Positions 57,461 through 64,000 of a stretch of 64,000 bases of DNA are shown one piece after another. The DNA lies in the NCBI GenBank assembly GCA_902522465.1, contig CABYVV010000005.1, forward strand, positions 26,361-90,360, read 5' to 3'. The notes under the pieces are model-generated. The model ran no database searches. It was not told the origin of the DNA and worked only from the letters and a program-made list of their open reading frames with translations. Both the position numbers and the translations under genes were made by a program. How positions within the stretch are numbered: the stretch's first letter is position 1; each line of letters opens with the position of its first letter. The DNA is from an uncultured Alphaproteobacteria bacterium (GTDB lineage: Bacteria > Pseudomonadota > Alphaproteobacteria > Methylaequorales > Methylaequoraceae).

Positions 57461-58356
57461 TTTTTTTCAACTATCAATTGTGCTAGTATTCCAAAACTAA
57501 TTAACTGTACACCAAGAAAAATTAACACAATTACAAGGTTTGAGTTTTCAATTGGCTTTGTTGATAATCCCAAAAAGAAATTATAAATTTGAAAAAATGA
57601 TATCATTATTGCAAGAAATAAAAATAAAAGCCCCGTTAGTCCAAAAACTTTCATCGGCTTTATCCCAACTAATACCATTAATAACTGGTAAATAACTTTA
57701 AATGGATACTTAAGACTTACAAAAGAATCTCCTGATTCGCGCAGGTTAAAGCTAACATCAACATGAGCAAACCTCATTTGTTTATGATATGCATCAAGTA
57801 AAATTTGTTGTGTATAATTATAATCTCCCGGTATTCTAAAAATATCCAAATAATTTTTATTAACTGCAAATATCCCTGGCTGGCTGTCTTTTAGATCCCA
57901 GTTGGTTAATTTCTTCATTAATCCGGTAAATAATTTATTACCTATTCTTCTGATAAAAGGCATTGTATATGATATTTTTTTAAAACGATTTCCATATACA
58001 ATATCTGAATAATTTCCAAGCAAAGGTTCTATAATTTTATTTATATCTTTGGCACTATGTTGCAAATCTGCATCAAATTTAACTACAAAGTCTGAGCCTC
58101 TTTCTTTGGCAATATTTAACCCAGTTCTGACAGCAGCTCCAAGTCCAAGGTTTGTATTGTGAGAAACTAAAATAATTTTCTTAAATTTCTTTAACTTTTT
58201 ATAAGATTGATCATTAGATCCATCATTTATAACAATTATTTCAGGAGTGATCTTTTTTTTTTTTAATGAAGGAAAGATTTCTATGACAGAATCAATGGTT
58301 TTTATAATTGTTTTTTCTTCATTAAAGACAGGGATAATTATTGAAATTTTTTTCAT
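57457..58356 (-). CDS. Glycosyltransferase family 2, a polyprenol-phosphate sugar transferase (GtrB/ArnC-like).
   Basis: SIIIPVFNEEKTI, DGSND and a DxD region, plus two C-terminal TM helices. Confidence 0.8.
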   Translation of the reverse strand: MKKISIIIPVFNEEKTIIKTIDSVIEIFPSLKKKKITPEIIVINDGSNDQSYKKLKKFKKIILVSHNTNLGLGAAVRTGLNIAKERGSDFVVKFDADLQHSAKDINKIIEPLLGNYSDIVYGNRFKKISYTMPFIRRIGNKLFTGLMKKLTNWDLKDSQPGIFAVNKNYLDIFRIPGDYNYTQQILLDAYHKQMRFAHVDVSFNLRESGDSFVSLKYPFKVIYQLLMVLVGIKPMKVFGLTGLLFLFLAIMISFFQIYNFFLGLSTKPIENSNLVIVLIFLGVQLISFGILAQLIVEKK

Positions 58357-58411
58357 AAAATCATGTTATCATAAGAAGACCACTATTAACTATTTGTAAA
58401 CCAATTTTTAA

Positions 58412-58554
58412 TTATCTTTGCAAGATATTGTAAATCCAATGGTTTATCCCTGGAATACAAAAACCTTTGTGGTTAAATACTGTTATTTGATTATCTTTAG
58501 CAATCTTTAACATTGATACTTTTAAATATATTTGATCATCATCAGAAAGATAAT
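58412..58554 (-). pseudogene. Decayed glycosyltransferase gene fragment.
   Basis: The minus strand translates to DYLSDDDQIYLKVSMLKIAKDNQITVFNHKGFCIPGINHWIYNILQR*. A second remnant, RPFNEEKII at about 58585-58611, resembles the GT2 N-terminal PVFNEEKTII motif. There is no start codon or full-length ORF. Confidence 0.25.
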
Positions 58555-58648
58555 CAAAGACTTATCTTAAACGAAGAAACCACCAGAAATCAAATTATTT
58601 TTTCTTCATTAAAAGGACGTAATTATTTTAATTTTTCAATAAAAGGAT

Positions 58649-59428
58649 TTAATCATGACTTTTAATTTTGTTTATTTTTGTTATGGTTTCAACAAACCAT
58701 GCTTTCGTTGGGAAACAAGGTCTTCTTTTATTATAATTCGATAACTTTAAATTAAAAAATTTAATTAAAAACTTATTTAATAAATTTCCACTATAACTAA
58801 GATTAAATTTTTTGAATTCTTGCTTTTTTTTTTTATCAAATTCAGCCTCAACAATTGTATGACTCCAATTTTTATAAACATCTAATTCATTATCATACAG
58901 TAATTTTGAAATCTCTTTATCTTTGGTTAATCCTGGTTTCATGATTTTAGCATTACTAAAACCGCAGCTACCTAGTATTTTTTTTAAAGTGTATTCATTA
59001 TGAAGATAATAATGGTCATGATATAAAACTTGAGTGATAAAAGTTTCGACATAGTTGTTGTTGGGTAAATCTGGAAGTATCTCGTCAAATTTTAAATGTT
59101 TTTTTTTTTTATAATCATTAATCATTTTATCAAAATCCGGTACGACAGATCTTACTATCCCTCCATGTTTTAATATTCTTGCACATTCCAAAAAATGATT
59201 TACTAACTCTCTATATGTTAGATGTTCAATTGTACCCCTAGACCATATAAAATCTACATTATTATCTTCAAGAGGTATATGGTGAGTCATATCACATAAA
59301 AAATCGGGTGGATTTGGGTGTTTATTTTTAAGAATATTTATGTCAGTGTGGATAAATCCATCAAGTCTATGATTTCCACAGCCTACATATAAACGTGTTT
59401 TTTTTTTATTTCGATTATTTACCATCAT
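58649..59428 (-). CDS. Class I SAM-dependent methyltransferase.
   Basis: A Gly-rich motif (LYVGCGNHRLDG) and an RILKHGGIV region. Confidence 0.6.
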   Translation of the reverse strand: MMVNNRNKKKTRLYVGCGNHRLDGFIHTDINILKNKHPNPPDFLCDMTHHIPLEDNNVDFIWSRGTIEHLTYRELVNHFLECARILKHGGIVRSVVPDFDKMINDYKKKKHLKFDEILPDLPNNNYVETFITQVLYHDHYYLHNEYTLKKILGSCGFSNAKIMKPGLTKDKEISKLLYDNELDVYKNWSHTIVEAEFDKKKKQEFKKFNLSYSGNLLNKFLIKFFNLKLSNYNKRRPCFPTKAWFVETITKINKIKSHD

Positions 59429-59469
59429 ATAGTTATACTAGTCTGTCAAATTAATTCAATTTTGAGATA

Positions 59470-60588
59470 TTAGTTTTTTCTCTTAAACGATTTTTTTATA
59501 TTTTCAATTACATACTCAATTTCAATTTCAGTGTGATGAGGTGATATTGGAAGACTTATAATAGTTTTACTTATTTGCTCTGTAAGACGTAAATCAAACT
59601 TATTTAAATTTAATTCTTTATAACATTTTTGTTTATGAGGAGGAATTGGATAATGGATTAACGTTTGGATATTTTTTTCTTTTAAAAATGCTTGAAATTT
59701 ATCTCTATTCCTTAATCTTATAACAAATAAATGCCAAGAATGTTTACAATAGCTTTCCTCTGTAGGAAGAGTCAAATCTAAGCTTTTAAGTTCATTAATA
59801 TATATGCCTGCAATTTTTTTTCTTTTTTTATTCCATTTATTCAATTTTTTTAGTTTCTCAATTAAAAAAGCAGCTTGTATAGTATCAAGCCTATTATTAA
59901 AACCCTTGAAAGAATTGTAATATTTTACGTTTGAACCATAATTTCTTAGGCAACTAATTTTTTGGGCTAATTTATTGCTATTAGTTGTAATTGCGCCAGC
60001 ATCACCCATTGCTCCCAAATTTTTTCCGGGATAAAAAGACCAACAAACTATATCTCCATGCGAACCAATATCTATTTTATTATATTTTGATCCATGAGCC
60101 TGAGCAGCATCTATAATAATTTTAAGGTTATATTTTTTAGCTATAATTAATACTTTTTCTATATCAACTACATGTCCATAAAGATAAACTAACATTATGG
60201 CTTTTGTTTTTTTTGTAATTCTATTTTCAATTTTTTTTATATCCATATTGTACGTTTTTGAATTAGGTTCAACTGGAACAGGCATTGCGTTACAATGAGA
60301 TATTGCTAACCAAGAAGCTATGTAAGTATTTGACGGAACTATAACCTCATCATCAACTCCAATATTTAATGCTTTTAATGCAAGCATAAGAGCATCTAAA
60401 CCGGACGAAACTCCCACGCAATAATTTGATCTAGAGTATTTAGCAAATTTATTTTCAAAGTCTTCAAGAATTTTTCCTCCTATAAAGAAACCAGAATTTA
60501 TTGTTTTTTCGAGGGATATTTGTACTTCTTTATTTAATTCCACCCAACCTTCTTTAATCTTAGAAAACTGAACTTTCATTTTATACAA
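59470..60588 (-). CDS. DegT/DnrJ/EryC1-family sugar aminotransferase.
   Basis: The PLP fold with DAAQAHGSKY...SFYPGKNLGAMGDAGAITTN. Confidence 0.85.
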   Translation of the reverse strand: MYKMKVQFSKIKEGWVELNKEVQISLEKTINSGFFIGGKILEDFENKFAKYSRSNYCVGVSSGLDALMLALKALNIGVDDEVIVPSNTYIASWLAISHCNAMPVPVEPNSKTYNMDIKKIENRITKKTKAIMLVYLYGHVVDIEKVLIIAKKYNLKIIIDAAQAHGSKYNKIDIGSHGDIVCWSFYPGKNLGAMGDAGAITTNSNKLAQKISCLRNYGSNVKYYNSFKGFNNRLDTIQAAFLIEKLKKLNKWNKKRKKIAGIYINELKSLDLTLPTEESYCKHSWHLFVIRLRNRDKFQAFLKEKNIQTLIHYPIPPHKQKCYKELNLNKFDLRLTEQISKTIISLPISPHHTEIEIEYVIENIKKSFKRKN

Positions 60589-61429
60589 AATCCTTTGTGA
60601 TTATTTCCAATTTATTAGTAATTATTCCCAATCCATAATCCTTATTGGTAAGAATGAGAAAAAAATTCTTTGTTTTTTTGTTTTTCAAAATTTGAACATT
60701 GTCTTTTAAGTCAGTATTTAAATATTTGTCATAGAAAGTATCTAGCATAAAGTTATCCGAACCCATCCTAAAAATTCTCAAGCATCCTTTAATTTTGTCC
60801 AATATATTTTTATACCTCATGTATTTTATTTCATTAATAATTAGATCGGCAGTGGTTAATGAACCAACTTTAATTCCATGATTTGCGTCCAAGAATTCTT
60901 CAATAGCTGACATCACACCCTGTTTTTTTGAATTCTGAAACTCACTAGGAATATTTCTTATGTCACAATATTGATCTTTCCTTGACCATTTTCCGTAGAC
61001 ATCATTCAATATTATACAGTAATTATCTGCTAGATTCTTTTTTAATGATTCCAACTCATTTTTAACAGTAAAATAATTATGATCCCCATCTATGATTACT
61101 ACTTCAAATTTTTTTTTTTCTTTTTTAAGATAATTTAGACTAAGTTCTTTTTTTACAGTCCAGAGATTTTGAAATTTTTTATTTATTCTCCCTGAGAGAA
61201 ATCTAGGGTTAATACATCCATAATCGTTGTGTGCAGCTTTATATTTTTCAGGGATATTACCACTCCAGCCCATCGGTTCAACAGAGGTCAGATTTGAATT
61301 ATTTTTCGAGCACCATTTTAAAATCTCTATGGTTGTAGCGCCTTCGTAAACTCCAATTTCTAGAATGTTTTTACAATTGTAAGACTTTAAAATCTTTTCA
61401 ATATAATTACTAAATAATTTATGCATCAT
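60581..61429 (-). CDS. Class I SAM-dependent methyltransferase, CmcI/TylF-like.
   Basis: ILEIGVYEGATT and VIIDGDHNYF. Confidence 0.5.
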   Translation of the reverse strand: MMHKLFSNYIEKILKSYNCKNILEIGVYEGATTIEILKWCSKNNSNLTSVEPMGWSGNIPEKYKAAHNDYGCINPRFLSGRINKKFQNLWTVKKELSLNYLKKEKKKFEVVIIDGDHNYFTVKNELESLKKNLADNYCIILNDVYGKWSRKDQYCDIRNIPSEFQNSKKQGVMSAIEEFLDANHGIKVGSLTTADLIINEIKYMRYKNILDKIKGCLRIFRMGSDNFMLDTFYDKYLNTDLKDNVQILKNKKTKNFFLILTNKDYGLGIITNKLEIITKDFV

Positions 61430-61847
61430 TGTTTTTTTTTATTAATTTTTCATATGAATTAAAATCTCTTATATAATCATCCTCATTATACAAAGTTGAA
61501 GCAATAATTCCTAAGATACAATCATTAGAAAAGTTTTTCATCCAGTGCCAACACATTTTTGGTATTATAAGAGGTTTACTTTTAGCTGATAATTTGATTT
61601 TGTTTTTCTTTTTTTTTATTCCAAAAAAATAAAAGTCAAAATTTCCATTTAAGGTTAATAAACATTGAACTGTTTTTTTATGTGCGTGATATCCTCTTTC
61701 AATATTATTTGGAACATTACTTATAAAATAAATTCTTTTAAAGTTAAATATTTGAGTTGTTTTTTTCACCTCCAAGTATTTTAGAACTCCTCTGTTATCA
61801 GAAATTTTTTCTATATTAATAAAATAGGGTTTGTTATTATTTTTCAT
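61419..61847 (-). CDS. Cupin-fold dTDP-4-keto-6-deoxyhexose 3,4-ketoisomerase (FdtA/QdtA/WxcM-like).
   Basis: 142 aa. DNRGVLKYLE ... KRIYFISNVPNNIERGYHAHKK match the FdtA family His pair. Confidence 0.6.
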   Translation of the reverse strand: MKNNNKPYFINIEKISDNRGVLKYLEVKKTTQIFNFKRIYFISNVPNNIERGYHAHKKTVQCLLTLNGNFDFYFFGIKKKKNKIKLSAKSKPLIIPKMCWHWMKNFSNDCILGIIASTLYNEDDYIRDFNSYEKLIKKNNDA

Positions 61848-61878
61848 AAAAATTAGTTAGTTGAATACCATGCATAAA

Positions 61879-63033
61879 TTACTTATTCATCTTATATTTA
61901 ATAATTTTATTAAAAAACTTGGCATGACTTGCAACACAAGTATCCAATGAATAGTTTTTAAGTACAGATCTGTATGCAGATTGACCAATTTCTTTTCGAA
62001 GTTTTCTGCTTTTTATTAAATTTGAAAAAGCGTTAATAAATTTGTTTTTATCTCCAATATTATATACAAAACCATTTTTTGAATTTTTAATTATTTCTTT
62101 ATTTCCCCCAATATCTGAAACAATGATTGGTTTTTTTAATGCCATTGACTCTAAAATAGAATTTGACAAACTTTCATTCCTAATTGGTAATAAAGTCATG
62201 ATATTTGATGAAATTATATATTCAAAAACATTTTTTTGTGAACCTAATATTTTAAGTTCAATTCCCAAATTATTTTTTGATGCAAAATTTAACAGTTCCT
62301 CCTTTCTTCCAAGTTCATTACCAATAAAGAGAATTATTAATTTTTCTTTCTCCTGAGGTTTTAGCAAGCTCAATATTTCGATCAACTCTTTATGTCCTTT
62401 ATATGCAATAAGGTTGGCAACACAGGAAATTATTATTTTATTTTTAGGAATATTGAGACTTTTTCTTACCTTACAATCAATCTTCTGATGGTCAAATTTA
62501 TTGTTAATATGTATTCCATTTTTGATAAATTTAATTCTATCTTTTTCAACCTTCTCATCCATTAAGTCTCTTTTTACTGCACCACTATTAACCATATAGT
62601 AGTCGATATTTTTATCTATAATTCTCTCTAAGATAGAGACTATTAATTTATTCTTTTTATAATCATTCAGTCCTCTTCTAGAGCATATTCTAACTGATTT
62701 AGGATAAAAAAATGATAACATTCCGCCATATAAAAGTGATTGTGGAAGATAGTAATTAATAATATCTGGCTTCCAATACATTTCAAGTTTTGAAAGTCTA
62801 TAAATAAAAGAAGAAAGTTTGAAGATTTTATTAATAAAACCAATCTTAATTTGACTGTTATATTCTGAAATTTCTACAGATTTCTCTAATTCTTTTTTAA
62901 AAATACCTCCACTTGATATTAAACAAATTTTTATTTCAAATTCTAATTTAGATAACCTTGGGATTAAAAGCGAAAGTTGTCTCTCAGTGCCGCCTGCATT
63001 TAGTGAATCAATTATTATAAGAATTTTTTTCAT
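61879..63033 (-). CDS. Glycosyltransferase family 1.
   Basis: The N-terminus ILIIIDSLNAGGTERQ and a C-terminal GT-B domain. Confidence 0.75.
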   Translation of the reverse strand: MKKILIIIDSLNAGGTERQLSLLIPRLSKLEFEIKICLISSGGIFKKELEKSVEISEYNSQIKIGFINKIFKLSSFIYRLSKLEMYWKPDIINYYLPQSLLYGGMLSFFYPKSVRICSRRGLNDYKKNKLIVSILERIIDKNIDYYMVNSGAVKRDLMDEKVEKDRIKFIKNGIHINNKFDHQKIDCKVRKSLNIPKNKIIISCVANLIAYKGHKELIEILSLLKPQEKEKLIILFIGNELGRKEELLNFASKNNLGIELKILGSQKNVFEYIISSNIMTLLPIRNESLSNSILESMALKKPIIVSDIGGNKEIIKNSKNGFVYNIGDKNKFINAFSNLIKSRKLRKEIGQSAYRSVLKNYSLDTCVASHAKFFNKIIKYKMNK

Positions 63034-64000
63034 TTTTTTAAAACGCTCTTTACGAAATAATTTTCGTATATATCTAAGACTTTTTCATTTATTGGGAAAA
63101 TCAAATTAGATTTGAAAGATTTAAGTTCTTTTAACGTTATTTTTTTTTCTTTATTACTTTTTTCAAGGCCACTTAATTCATGTAAAAGGTCATATTTTGA
63201 ATCAACGTACCAGTCTTTAAAAAAAGTATCATAAATTAGAGAATTAAATACAGTTTTCCTCAGATAAAAGGTTGGTTTTTTATCAAATAGGCTGTCAATT
63301 ACAACACTAGTTGCTGAAAAAATAGTTGCATCACAAAATTTTTGTAAGCTAAAAGAAGAATAACTCTCACACATGATAAAATTTTTATTTTTTAATAAGT
63401 AGTTAATGTGATCGGTTTGTCCTCTAGTGTGAGGTTTAAGAAAGATTCTTAATTTCTTATTATTACTAATATAGTTGATGGTTTCAAAAATTCTTTTTTG
63501 GTCTACTCCATGCTTCTCTTTAGTTAAAAACCATACTATATTTAATTTGTCATCGCAAAAAGACTTTTTTAGGAAATCAATTTGTTTCTTATAAATTTCC
63601 TCAAGTTTCTCTCTCCATTCTGCAGAAAATCTTACAGAACCAAGGGGAACTAATTGTGTTTTATTTATATTAAAATAATAACTTAAAGTTTTATGATTTT
63701 GATTGCTTATACATATGTATTTGTCTGCATTCACTTCTTTGTTTATTCCTACATTTTCCCTGTATGGATCAACTTCATCATCGTCGTAATGAATATTATT
63801 CCAGTTCTCAACAGCGTGTGGTACGGACAAAACTTTGACTCCCAAGCTTTTGAAAGTTTTTACAAAATGATTGATAACCATATCGTGTCCGTGGTCTATT
63901 ATTAATAGATCAGGTTCTTTATCTATTTTTTTATAAATATCAGATGGGGATATTTTAAGAATTTGATTTATAGTGATTTTTTCAATAAATTTTTTAAATT
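63030..64000 (-). CDS. Hypothetical polysaccharide-biosynthesis-associated protein whose N-terminus lies beyond the window.
   Basis: The minus-strand ORF is open upstream of the annotated Met at 63881 (…KIDKEPDLLIIDHGHDMVINHF…) through to base 64000, so the gene is 5'-truncated by the window. Confidence 0.4.
   Translation of the reverse strand, partial: FKKFIEKITINQILKISPSDIYKKIDKEPDLLIIDHGHDMVINHFVKTFKSLGVKVLSVPHAVENWNNIHYDDDEVDPYRENVGINKEVNADKYICISNQNHKTLSYYFNINKTQLVPLGSVRFSAEWREKLEEIYKKQIDFLKKSFCDDKLNIVWFLTKEKHGVDQKRIFETINYISNNKKLRIFLKPHTRGQTDHINYLLKNKNFIMCESYSSFSLQKFCDATIFSATSVVIDSLFDKKPTFYLRKTVFNSLIYDTFFKDWYVDSKYDLLHELSGLEKSNKEKKITLKELKSFKSNLIFPINEKVLDIYENYFVKSVLKK

Noticed and set aside
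46530-64000. The glycan island, considered as a horizontally acquired mobile element.
   Set aside because: There is no integrase, transposase, tRNA or direct-repeat boundary in the window. The AT content does not differ visibly from the flanks. It is better described as a resident hypervariable polysaccharide locus.
1-64000. CRISPR arrays, rRNA and tRNA genes.
   Set aside because: No regularly spaced direct repeats or tRNA-like cloverleaf segments were found in the few intergenic gaps. Essentially all sequence is accounted for by CDSs.

Overview
This 64 kb window is AT-rich, roughly 28-30% GC by eye, and densely coded, with gene overlaps of a few nucleotides. That is typical of a streamlined marine proteobacterial genome. 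There is no rRNA, no tRNA, no CRISPR array and no transposase or integrase. Its layout, from left to right, is as follows.

- **Left end (1-2.9 kb).** The 3' end of a TrhO-like rhodanese gene. It is followed by two divergently transcribed sigma-54 enhancer-binding proteins with complementary domain losses.
- **Flagellar cluster (2.9-15.5 kb).** A contiguous, co-oriented block fliE-fliF-fliG-fliH-fliI-fliJ-fliK-fliL-fliM-fliN-fliO-fliP-fliQ-fliR-flhB.
- **Unknown sigma-54 operon (15.9-18 kb).** Three uncharacterised proteins driven by a sigma-54 promoter, sitting where flhA would be expected.
- **Motor genes (18-21 kb).** On the opposite strand, motA-motB plus a third unknown gene, again behind a sigma-54 promoter.
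- **Cell-wall module and rpoN (21-26.9 kb).** A SPOR protein, a lytic transglycosylase and an M23 peptidase, with rpoN itself in the middle.
- **Bactofilin operon (27-28.2 kb).** Three tandem bactofilin paralogues behind another near-consensus sigma-54 promoter.
- **Small-protein stretch (28.4-31 kb).** This includes an orphan NHLP-type leader-domain protein with no core peptide. It also includes a voltage-gated K+ channel whose 5' end looks frameshifted.
- **Housekeeping and accessory genes (31-46.5 kb).** A divergent PEP-carboxylase-like enzyme, fpr, a GST, ampG, cobA, lpxL and a PAP2 phosphatase. There is also a compact egtB-egtD-egtE ergothioneine cluster without egtA or egtC.
- **Surface-glycan island (46.5-64 kb).** rmlA, rmlB, an FdtA-like 3,4-ketoisomerase, a DegT aminotransferase and two methyltransferases. 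These sit with several GT1/GT2 glycosyltransferases, asnB, GT39-like membrane proteins and a decayed GT2 fragment.

The strongest theme is a sigma-54-centred motility regulon. Recognisable TGGCAC-N5-TTGCA promoters sit in front of six operons. Two of those operons encode only uncharacterised proteins, and one encodes the bactofilin triad. These are the best candidates for a novel system in the window.
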